Part shown: positions 1 to 9,544 of the stretch, in pieces | Numbering within the stretch: the stretch's first letter is position 1 | How the letters are laid out: each line of letters starts with the position of its first letter | DNA from: Octopus vulgaris | Taxonomy: Eukaryota | Assembly: GCA_951406725.2 (NCBI GenBank) | Contig: OX597815.1 | Coordinates: 171,244,001-171,308,000, forward strand | Reading direction: 5' to 3' | Length of the DNA: 64,000 bases | Made by a program: the position numbers and the translations under genes | The notes under the pieces: generated by a model | Databases searched by the model: none | The model's input: only the letters and a program-made list of their open reading frames with translations | Told to the model about the DNA's origin: nothing

Positions 1-32
1 GACATATACATACACATATATATGTACATGTA

Positions 33-80
<48 letters not shown>

Positions 81-111
81 CAAAATAAGCAACAGGATAT
101 ATCAAGAGGTG

Positions 112-199
112 ATGCAGTACGACCGTTTCAAGCGGCTCCATTTAATTGAACAATACAATCATTATATCAGTTTAAATGCAGGGCTATCCTCAGCTGCAT
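112..199 (-). ncRNA. Type I hammerhead ribozyme motif, canonical C3-G8 core, long stem II
   Basis: Minus strand: AUGCAG-CUGAGGA-[long hairpin including CAUUUAA/UUAAAUG]-GAAA-CGGUCG-UA-CUGCAU; 6-bp stem I. Confidence 0.75.
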
Positions 200-763
200 A
201 AATAAATAGAATTTTTAATCAGTTCGACACATTAATATACTTTTACTCGAATTCTCTAATATAGCAAGAAGAGGGAAAGAGTCCATGTTGCTACTAATGT
301 AGCTTAGAATATACTACACTTCTAAGAACTGTATGAAGTTTGATATGATCATAGCTTGTAAAGGATTGTGGCTCATTTTTAATTTATTAGTTTTTCTTAT
401 CAACTACCAAATCTAAGGCTAGAGAGCAGTGTCTGTTTAGAAAGGAGGGCAGGCGTGAGTTGTCAGTTTATAGTTGGGTATGGTCATAAATTTTGTCAGG
501 ATTTTAGGATTTGTATAAGTAACTGTCTATAAAGGAGCCACCTGTAGATATGTATATACATATATATTATACAATTTTAAGGAGAGATTGTTAACTTTAA
601 CAATGCTCAGAAACGGGCTAGAATTAAAGTGCTCTAAATGAGCTAAGTTCCAATTTATGATTTCAATGGACGCAATATTGCCTCCATTGTTATGGCTGTT
701 ATTGCCTCCATTGTTATGGCTGTTATTGCCTCCATTGAAATCATATATACATATATATACATA

Positions 764-797
764 TACTAGCTTTTTTCCTGGTTTCACCCGGGTAGTT
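764..797 (-). mobile_element. Helitron-like 3' terminus (hairpin + CTAG); second copy at ~13171-13206
   Basis: Minus strand CCCGG-GTGAAA-CCAGG hairpin, 7 nt, then CTAGT, matching the Helitron 3' end signature. Confidence 0.45.
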
Positions 798-1164
798 CGA
801 TTGATATCGCTGTAAAACTTGCTATCTTCTAAATATTTACCTCCTCTTTGTATTCAAACACCAAAACTAAAGGTAAAAAAATACAAAATACTAACAAAAA
901 CACAAACAAAACAAATTAATAAAAATGTTAAGTTACCGAGAGTAACTGGAAGGTTTCAGTACTCCGATATAGCTAAAATTATCTTAATTTGTGTAATCAA
1001 AGCCTAATGTAGTCATTGTAGCTAATCTGAAGCTCAACCATGAATGAAAAATCAAGTATCTGACAGAGAAGTTGTATGTACGCAAATCATATAAATTGTA
1101 CTTTGTTAAACACCATAAATACAATGTAAAACAGTAGTCAGTAGGAGAAACTTTAAACAAATAG

Positions 1165-1593
1165 ACTTCCTGTCCTGCAAACATGCTGAATTAAACCACA
1201 CAGCACATGCTCTTAATCCCTTTGGATCTTAATACCTCAAGGTAATTTTTTCGTGAACAATCATAAAACTCAAGATACACAACGAACTCACAATGTATCG
1301 GAGTACTTATTTTTTATTTTTTTATTTTTGTACATTTTTATCATTATTCTTTTGCAAAAAACAATGCAATTTTCTTTTGTTCCCCTTTCTAATTTAAAAA
1401 AAACTTTTTAAGACATAAATATTCTTGACAAGTCATACAATGACGAAAACCGGTTGAATAAATATATATTTATATATTTTATCAATTTCTCATTTTATTA
1501 AAATTTTCTTTCATTTGAGCATTCTGCATTTTTAAAAAAATTTTCCTTACTTATCATTTCTCCACGTGCGGTCAACATAACCCCACCATTTAT

Positions 1594-1597
<4 letters not shown>
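1165..1597 (+). mobile_element. Solo 3' fragment (pLTR-like) of the palindromic PLE family
   Basis: Aligns with 12092-12477 and the reverse complement of 3727-4161, with several differences. Ends CCACCATTTATTGAT then (TA)n. Confidence 0.9.
1420..1460 (+). ncRNA. Minimal hammerhead motif, U3-A8 variant
   Basis: UAUUC-UUGACAA-GUCA(uacaa)UGAC-GAAA-ACCGG-UU-GAAUA. Confidence 0.6.
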
Positions 1598-1671
<74 letters not shown>

Positions 1672-2357
1672 AATGTGTACTTCGGTTCCTGAGCTGTGGA
1701 CTTTTAGACGACCTACCTGCAAAAAGTTTAATCTTTCTCCGTTTTTTTTTTCATTCTCTCTCCTTTCTTTCCCCACCTCTAATTATTTCTATCGAAGAGC
1801 ATAGGCTTGAAACATAATAGACTCTTCTATTCTTCCCGAGCGTTAAACTAATACACCTGCTTGTTGTTAGGGACAATGTGGTTAGTAACACATACATACA
1901 TACATACATACATACATACATACATACATACATGTATGTATATGCATACATATATATGTATATTCAATGTTTCGGGGTTATGACCCCATTTTCAAGAATA
2001 TAAACGAATGTTGCCGATATGCGTGTGCGAGCGTGTGTGGAGTGGACATGCATATCATGAACTAACTGTTACTTTCTCAGATGCAGCACGCAATTTTGTC
2101 AGTGAAAAGGTCGCGGTCTCAAAGCGACGAAAATAGTTTGGCAAATTAGATTTAAATGTTGAAGTGAATCTAACAGTTTTTTTTGTGTGTTTTTAAATGG
2201 CTTATAAACACCTTCCACGCTGTTTCAGCAAACAATCTCAGATCAGGTCACTTGTCCGTAATATTTATATTCAACTTTTGATAATTTGGGAATGATATAA
2301 AGTTACTTTGATCGATTGGAGTGTTTGTTCATTATACCTTTCAACAAACACACACAC

Positions 2358-2408
<51 letters not shown>

Positions 2409-2409
2409 T

Positions 2410-2449
<40 letters not shown>

Positions 2450-2452
<3 letters not shown>

Positions 2453-2590
2453 TTACCGTCTACCAAATCACAAGGCATTAATCGGCCCGAAGCTATAGTA
2501 GAAGACACTTGTCCAAGATACCATACACAAAGTCTACTCCATGAACCATGTGGCTGTCAAGCAATTTCCCTTCCACATACCCAAGCCTTT
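2450..2590 (-). mobile_element. Decayed tRNA-derived SINE (same family as 26508-26975)
   Basis: Contains TCTACCAAATC..CAAGGC..GCTATAGTAGAAGACACTTG, shared with many copies in the window. Confidence 0.7.
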
Positions 2591-3488
2591 GTGTGTGTAT
2601 GTGTGGGGGCCACAGGCAGAAAATATACATCATCATATACTGGTTCTAAACACATAAAGTTATGTCGGTAATTCGAAGAGCTGAAGGAGCGTCAGATTGA
2701 AGGCTTGCGGCATTTTTATCATACCTCCGGTTGCCAAACTAGTTGACAGGTCAACTTTTGACCCTCAAACTTACAAACCTCGTAAATACACTCACTTTCC
2801 ATTACTCATGCTGATATCTATTAAGATTATTCACAACCTCTCATTTGTTCTGCTGTGCTTTTGGACGAGCATTCAACGTGCTTATTTCATCGATAATGCT
2901 AAGATGTTGAGCGAAGTGATATTGACCACTTCTTCTAGGGACCTAATAAGTTACTGAAACCATTCAATAAGAGCCTGAGGTAGAGTACTATGTAAATCAA
3001 TTAATAATGAAAGTCGAAGGTTTCTTATTTAAGAACAAGAACATTAATCTTGTGAGAGGGTGTTAGTCGATTACCTTCAGACTAGTAATTCACTGTTACT
3101 TTCTTTCATTGATCCCGAAATGATTAAAAGGTAAGTAAACCTCAGCAGGTTTTGAATTCAGGACATAAATAAACAGTCGAAAAAAAAACCACAAGGCACT
3201 TTTTGCCCCGAAGTCCTAACGTATGTGAAAACAGAACGTAGTGTCCGTAGAAATACCGTTAGGTATTTTGTTTGATGTTTTATCTATTCTGACAAATGAT
3301 AGTAAAGTGAAGAACGAATCACAAGAACACATTATATATTCTGTAATACATATACATACACGCACTGAAACGCAGACAGGCAGATGGACAGGCAGACAGA
3401 CACACATACACACACATACGCACATACACACACACACACATAAGTATATACAGACGTATACATACACATATATATGTACATGTATGTG

Positions 3489-3537
<49 letters not shown>

Positions 3538-3689
3538 CTGTAACTTCTGTAACTATTTCTTATATACAATATATATACTGAACTTTACAGAAGTTCCTGC
3601 CGGTAATCGGCTATATTTACATACCGAATTCTACCAGTAAATAATTGGGGTTTTTTTAAAAGCCTTTATAGAAATTATTTACTCTTATC

Positions 3690-3727
<38 letters not shown>

Positions 3728-3866
3728 TCAATAAATGGTGGGGTTGTGTTTACCGCACGTGGAGAAATGATAAGTAAGGAAAAATTTTTTTTAAAATGCA
3801 GAATGCTCAAATGAAAGAAAATTTTAATAAAATGAGAAAATGATAAAATATATAAATATATATATT

Positions 3867-3907
3867 TATTCAACCGGTTTTCGTCAATGTATGACTTGTC
3901 AAGAATA
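3867..3907 (-). ncRNA. Minimal hammerhead motif, U3-A8 variant, in PLE 3' region
   Basis: Reverse complement of 12345-12385. Confidence 0.6.
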
Positions 3908-4545
3908 TTTATGTTTTAAGAAGTTTTTTTAAAAAATTAGAAAGGGGAAAAAAAGAAAATTGCAATGTTTTTTGTAAAAGAATAATGATAAAAATGTACA
4001 AAAATTAAAAAATAAGTTCTCCGATACATTGTGATTTCGTTGTGTATCTTGAGTTTTATGGTTGTTTACCAAAAAATTACCTTGAGGTGTTAAGATCCAA
4101 AGGGATTAAGAGCATGTGATGTGTTGTGTTGTTAAATACAGCATGTTGCAGGACAGGAAGTAGTAGTAATTGTGGTCCTGGTTCTTCAGTTCCTGTGTTG
4201 TGAGTAAGGGGAGACAACTCTTTTGAGTTCTTCAATAAAACCCAAATTATAAAACTATCATTTTAGCTTCATTTGCATTATCTTTTTTATATATAATTGC
4301 TTGTTAACTTAACTTTCAGATTTTAACACTTTATTTATATTATTTTCTAATAATATAAAACTGCATAGACAATTGCATTTCAAATTGTCATATCATTTAT
4401 AATAAAAATGATAGTAGTAACAACAACAATAGTGAAAATGATATTTAAAGAATATAAGTTTTAGTTTGAAGTGGTGAATGCATGGTATCTTTATATATTT
4501 GTGTTAGTCCATCCATGAAGAGTGAGGTAGAGAAAGGAAGTTTGA

Positions 4546-6708
4546 TCAACGAGGAGTTTGCATATTAAGTTGTGTTTGGAATTTTTCAATAAAGAGATTC
4601 TCCTTGTTAATTCTCTCCTGTGTGGTGATCCCGTCTTTACATTGGTAGAAGGGGAATATATAGAATTTGGGGTTTAAGTCTTTGGCACATGAGTCTAAGT
4701 GGTCACTCAGTGGAATTTGTCGGTATTCCGGGAGATTTATTTGTTCTTTATGCACCGTTACTCGTTTACGTAACGGGAGACTCGTTTGTCCCACATAATT
4801 ATGTTGGCAACCAGCGCATGTGAGAACGTAGATAAGGTTCTCGGAGGAACAGGAGAAGTTAGTCTTGATTTTAAACTTCGTACCTTGTTTGAAGGTAAAT
4901 TCAGAGCCTTCAAGTAGAAAGGGGCAGGTACCACAGTTTGAGCGTGCACATTTTTTTACTGTTGGGGGTGGATGTGGTGTGTGAAGTTTGGCATTTGTCA
5001 AGAGTTTTTTTAAAGATTTGTGTTGCCTTTTGCATTTGAGGATTTTGTGTGTATTTATAATGTTTTTCATTTTTGGGTCTGTTGACAGTAGACTGAGGTT
5101 TTGTATGATTGTGGTGTATGCTTCGATATTTTTGGGGTTGTGGGTGGAAATGTATGGAAGTATTTTGAGGTTGTGTGTGGTGTTAGGTTGGGTGGTTATC
5201 AGTGTAGTGTTGTCTAGTTCTTTGGCGCGTTTTATTCCATACTCTATAAGGGTGGAGGGATATTGACGTTGTAATAGTGTTTTTTTGAGGTCTTGAAGGC
5301 GTATTTCTCGTGTTTTTGGATCCGAGACAATGGTGCATACCCTTTTAGCTAAATTGAAAGGGATATTTGTCTTGGTGTGTTTTGGGTGGCATGAACTAAA
5401 GAGGAGGTATTGTTGTGAGTCTGTAGGTTTGTGGTAGATGTCTGTTATGATTTGGTTCTTAGGTGTTTTTATAATTAGGAGATCAAGGAATGGGAGATGG
5501 TGTTTGCTAAATTCCATAGTGAATTGGATGTTGGGATGTATGTTGTTTAGTATGGTTTTGAATTCCAGGAGTTTTTCATAAGGTTCTTTCCATATGATGA
5601 AACAATCATCTAAATACCTTTTCCAGTTTTCCATTAGGTAGGTGTGGAAAACATGTCCAAATTTCTGGCTTGATATTTCATAGAGTGACAGTTCGAAGTA
5701 ACCCATTATGAGGTTCGCAAGGACTGGTGCAGCCTTGGTACCCATCGCAATGCCACATTTTTGACGGTAGTGTGTGTCGTCGAAGAGAAAAAAATTGTTT
5801 GTCAGAATGAACTTAAGAGATTCTGTAATAAAAGACTTGTTAATGCGGTCAGGGAATGTATCTGGGTGTTTTTCTAGCCAGAAGTCAATTGCCTCTATAC
5901 CATACTCATGTGGAATGTTGGTGTAGAGGTTGATGACATCAAAGGATACCAGGAGTGCCTCCTCGTTAACTGTTTTCGGGAGGTGTTGGAGCATGTCCAG
6001 ATCATCCCTAATGAAACTTTTGATGTGGGTAAGGAAAGGTTTCAAAAGGATGTCTAGGAAGTTACTCAGGCGGTGTGTTTCACAGGAGGTACCCGCCACG
6101 ATGGGCCTTAGTTTTAGGTCCTCCGGTGCTTTGATGTTGATGTGGATGTCAGTGGAGAGTTTGCAGGCTTCGGTGATGTATTTGTTTTTATGGGTTTTAG
6201 GAAGGCCATAAAAAAGGCTGGGCTTGCATTTGAAAATGGTGATATAATCCCTTTCTTTTTCTGTGAGTCCCTGGCCGTGTTGGCGTATGAGTGTGGTGAG
6301 GTTTCTGATTGTTTTTTGCTGTTTGTAGTTGTTAATAACCTCATAGAAAATGTTATTGTTAAGCATGGAGAACACTAGGTGTTTATAAAATTCCGTGTCC
6401 ATAAGGACCACAGCACTCCCTTTGTCCGCTTCTTTGATGGTGAGGTTTTTATCCAGTTGTATGTCACGTAGGTTTTCCCATTCTTCCTTACTGAAATTGG
6501 ATTTTACTTTGGTTTTGCTTGGGGTAAAGGGGAGACTCTGGATGTGTTTACAGAAATCGTCCAGTGTTTTATTTCTCCCTTTTGGTGGTAGGAAGTTGCT
6601 TTTATTTCTGATCAATGAGTCGTCCCCATTGTTGATATCTGTCAAAGCTTCTGTTAGGCGAAGTTTTCTGCAGAATTCAGAAACGTCATCCTTGACCTCG
6701 AAAAACAC
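4546..6708 (-). CDS. PLE reverse transcriptase + GIY-YIG endonuclease (720 codons; GTG start is probably not real)
   Basis: Motifs ADKG, FYGLPKTHK, RPIV, SFDVINLYTNIP, GIAMGT, RYLDD, FLD, YHKPT; Cys knuckle CARSNCGTC; LIYVLTCAGC..YVGQT..RKR..H..E..LN. Confidence 0.95.
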   Translation of the reverse strand: MFFEVKDDVSEFCRKLRLTEALTDINNGDDSLIRNKSNFLPPKGRNKTLDDFCKHIQSLPFTPSKTKVKSNFSKEEWENLRDIQLDKNLTIKEADKGSAVVLMDTEFYKHLVFSMLNNNIFYEVINNYKQQKTIRNLTTLIRQHGQGLTEKERDYITIFKCKPSLFYGLPKTHKNKYITEACKLSTDIHINIKAPEDLKLRPIVAGTSCETHRLSNFLDILLKPFLTHIKSFIRDDLDMLQHLPKTVNEEALLVSFDVINLYTNIPHEYGIEAIDFWLEKHPDTFPDRINKSFITESLKFILTNNFFLFDDTHYRQKCGIAMGTKAAPVLANLIMGYFELSLYEISSQKFGHVFHTYLMENWKRYLDDCFIIWKEPYEKLLEFKTILNNIHPNIQFTMEFSKHHLPFLDLLIIKTPKNQIITDIYHKPTDSQQYLLFSSCHPKHTKTNIPFNLAKRVCTIVSDPKTREIRLQDLKKTLLQRQYPSTLIEYGIKRAKELDNTTLITTQPNTTHNLKILPYISTHNPKNIEAYTTIIQNLSLLSTDPKMKNIINTHKILKCKRQHKSLKKLLTNAKLHTPHPPPTVKKCARSNCGTCPFLLEGSEFTFKQGTKFKIKTNFSCSSENLIYVLTCAGCQHNYVGQTSLPLRKRVTVHKEQINLPEYRQIPLSDHLDSCAKDLNPKFYIFPFYQCKDGITTQERINKENLFIEKFQTQLNMQTPR

Positions 6709-6888
6709 CCAGATACATTCCCTGACCGCATTAACAAGTTGGGTGTTCTTGGGGTGGGTGTGAATTTCAAACCTCTTGCTAGGATGTTGATTTGGGTTGG
6801 TGTCAGTGTTTTGCTGGAGAGGTTTATAATTTTTGTTTTCTTATTTTGGGTCTGTGTTAGCGGTGGTGTTTGTATTTTTCCCTCTGTC

Positions 6889-8070
6889 TAAAAAATGGTT
6901 GTTGAGGTAAGGGGTGTATTCTTTGTTAAAGTTCTGGTTGTATGTGTAGGAGTGTTTTTGGGTGGGGAGGTTGGAGGGGGGTAGGTAGTTGTCGTATTTG
7001 TGTTGGTATGGGATGCGATGGTGTAAGGATTTGTGAGAAACGCGATGGGTTTGTGGGTGTGTGTCTGGTAGATTGTATGGGGGGATGTAGGGGGTATGTA
7101 GTTGTGGTGATTGGGTTCGTGTGGGATGTGAGGGTTTGGAGATCTGTAGGAGATGTGGTAGGAATGTGGTTGTTGGATGGGTGGACTATAGGGGGTTCGT
7201 TGGGTGGGTCTTATATGTATCGGTGTGGGTAGGATGCCTTGTTTGTTATTAGTGTGAGGGAGGGGAGCCTTGAGGGGGGATAATTTCTAGTGTATGGGAG
7301 GTTCTTGAAGGTTCTAATCGGTGGGGGAGGGGTGTTAGAGTGATTGGAAAACCAGGTTTTGTGGTGGGTCTTGTTTGAGATGTTTCGCGGGGGAAAGGGT
7401 TTTTTATATGGTTGGGGGAGGTTTTGTCCTGTTAGGAGGGGGTTTGGAGAGTATGTGTATTTGAGGTGCGGTTTGGAATGGTGTTTATGGGGTACAGTGG
7501 AAGTCTGTGTTGTGGGTACTTTTATGAATGGGTTTTTGGATTTATGGTTTAATATGAATTGTGTTTCATAGTTGAGGAAGAAATCTTTGTTGTTTTCCCA
7601 GCGTTTGAGGGAGGTTCGTTCTTCCTTTTCACATTCATCTTTCCATAGTTTAATAACAAGTTCGAGGGGCTGTTCGTTGGTGTGTGAGGTTAGTTCTAGA
7701 AGTATCTCATCGTCTATTTTTGTGTATTTTTGTTTGTGGTTTTGTGCTCTGAGTTTTAGAAGTTCTACTTCGGTTTTCATTTTTTCCAATGTTAGTTTTT
7801 CTCTTAGGGAGCGTTGTTTTTCAGGTTCGTCTGGGATGTGTTTGATTTGGAATTTTCGGGGTAGTATGATAGGGGAGGAGTTTAACCATTTGTCTTAAAT
7901 ATCAGCTTTGTTTTGGTTTTTGAGCATGTTCCAGAAGAGAAGTTTTCTGTTGTGTAGTTTCTTAGTCCAAGTAGTGATGATCTGGTTTTTAATGCGTTGT
8001 GCTGGGGTTGAAATGTGTTCCTTCTGTGTGTTGAGTGGTGTCTGAGGTCTCTTTGGCGTTGAATTGGTAA
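6889..8070 (-). pseudogene. PLE ORF1 (coiled-coil + P/T/H/N-rich), interrupted
   Basis: Includes ORF 7211-7789. TAC>TAA stop at 7895-7897 relative to the right arm; TAA at 7211-7213 is shared with the right arm. Confidence 0.7.
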
Positions 8071-8074
8071 AATT

Positions 8075-8188
8075 GATAAAATTGATGTAAACCTAAACGA
8101 AATCAACACTACACTGAAAACTCTACTTTCGGATAAGATAGATGTAAACCTAAATGAAATCAACACTACACTGAAAACTCTACTTACC
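8075..8188 (+). repeat. Two 57-bp in-frame tandem units forming the palindrome spacer
   Basis: Units translate as DKIDVNLNEINTTLKTLLS and DKIDVNLNEINTTLKTLLT, in frame with ORF 8327-8704. Confidence 0.9.
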
Positions 8189-9356
8189 AATTCAACGCCA
8201 AAGAGACCTCAGACACCACTCAACACACAGAAGGAACACATTTCAACCCCAGCACAACGCATTAAAAACCAGATCATCACTACTTGGACTAAGAAACTAC
8301 ACAACAGAAAACTTCTCTTCTGGAACATGCTCAAAAACCAAAACAAAGCTGATATTTACGACAAATGGTTAAACTCCTCCCCTATCATACTACCCCGAAA
8401 ATTCCAAATCAAACACATCCCAGACGAACCTGAAAAACAACGCTCCCTAAGAGAAAAACTAACATTGGAAAAAATGAAAACCGAAGTAGAACTTCTAAAA
8501 CTCAGAGCACAAAACCACAAACAAAAATACACAAAAATAGACGATGAGATACTTCTAGAACTAACCTCACACACCAACGAACAGCCCCTCGAACTTGTTA
8601 TTAAACTATGGAAAGATGAATGTGAAAAGGAAGAACGAACCTCCTCAAACGCTGGGAAAACAACAAAGATTTCTTCCTCAACTATGAAACACAATTCATA
8701 TTAAACCATAAATCCAAAAACCCATTCATAAAAGTACCCACAACACAGACTTCCACTGTACCCCATAAACACCATTCCAAACCGCACCTCAAATACACAT
8801 ACTCTCCAAACCCCTCCTAACAGGACAAAACCTCCCCCAACCATATAAAAAACCCTTTCCCCCGCGAAACATCTCAAACAAGACCCACCACAAAACCTGG
8901 TTTTCCAATCACTCTAACACCCCTCCCCCACCGATTAGAACCTTCAAGAACCTCCCATACACTAGAAATTATCCCCCCCTCAAGGCTCCCCTCCCTCACA
9001 CTAATAACAAACAAGGCATCCTACCCACACCGATACATATAAGACCCACCCAACGAACCCCCTATAGTCCACCCATCCAACAACCACATTCCTACCACAT
9101 CTCCTACAGATCTCCAAACCCTCACATCCCACACGAACCCAATCACCACAACTACATACCCCTACATCCCCCCATACAATCTACCAGACACACACCCACA
9201 AACCCATCGCGTTTCTCACAAATCCTTACACCATCGCATCCCATACCAACACAAATACGACAACTACCTACCCCCCTCCAACCTCCCCACCCAAAAACAC
9301 TCCTACACATACAACCAGAACTTTAACAAAGAATACACCCCTTACCTCAACAACCA

Positions 9357-9363
9357 TTTTTTA
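9357..9363 (+). promoter_or_regulatory. Candidate -1 ribosomal frameshift heptamer T_TTT_TTA (left-arm copy 6889-6895)
   Basis: Phased as caT TTT TTA in ORF1. The -1 frame reads open into ...KTKIINLSSKTLTP. Confidence 0.55.
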
Positions 9364-9544
9364 GACAGAGGGGAAAAATACAAACACCACCGCTAACACA
9401 GACCCAAAATAAGAAAACAAAAATTATAAACCTCTCCAGCAAAACACTGACACCAACCCAAATCAACATCCTAGCAAGAGGTTTGAAATTCACACCCACC
9501 CCAAGAACACCCAACTTGTTAATGCGGTCAGGGAATGTATCTGG

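Larger units (their letters stand above)
76..1164. repeat. ~1.09-kb unit, direct repeat of 12505-13556
   Basis: Near-identical from AAAATCAAAATAAGCAACAGG to CTTTAAACAAATAG. This copy has one extra 24-bp unit (ATTGCCTCCATTGTTATGGCTGTT). Both copies start right after a (TA)n tract. Confidence 0.95.
3725..8070 (-). mobile_element. Penelope-like retroelement (Neptune-like), left arm of palindrome, 5'-truncated
   Basis: Reverse complement of 8184-12477 plus ~50 extra 3' nt. Encodes RT-GIY-YIG. The 3' end abuts (TA)n at ~3694-3724. Confidence 0.95.
8075..9396 (+). pseudogene. PLE ORF1, 5'-truncated, with homopolymer frameshifts and a TAA at 9040-9042
   Basis: Open from 8075 through MLKNQNKADIY...LWKDECEKEE (helical, charged). 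The distal part ends ...LNNHFLDRGEKYKHHR*. Confidence 0.7.

Noticed and set aside
8075-8188. CRISPR-like array
   Set aside because: Only two contiguous coding repeats, no spacers, eukaryotic context, no cas genes.
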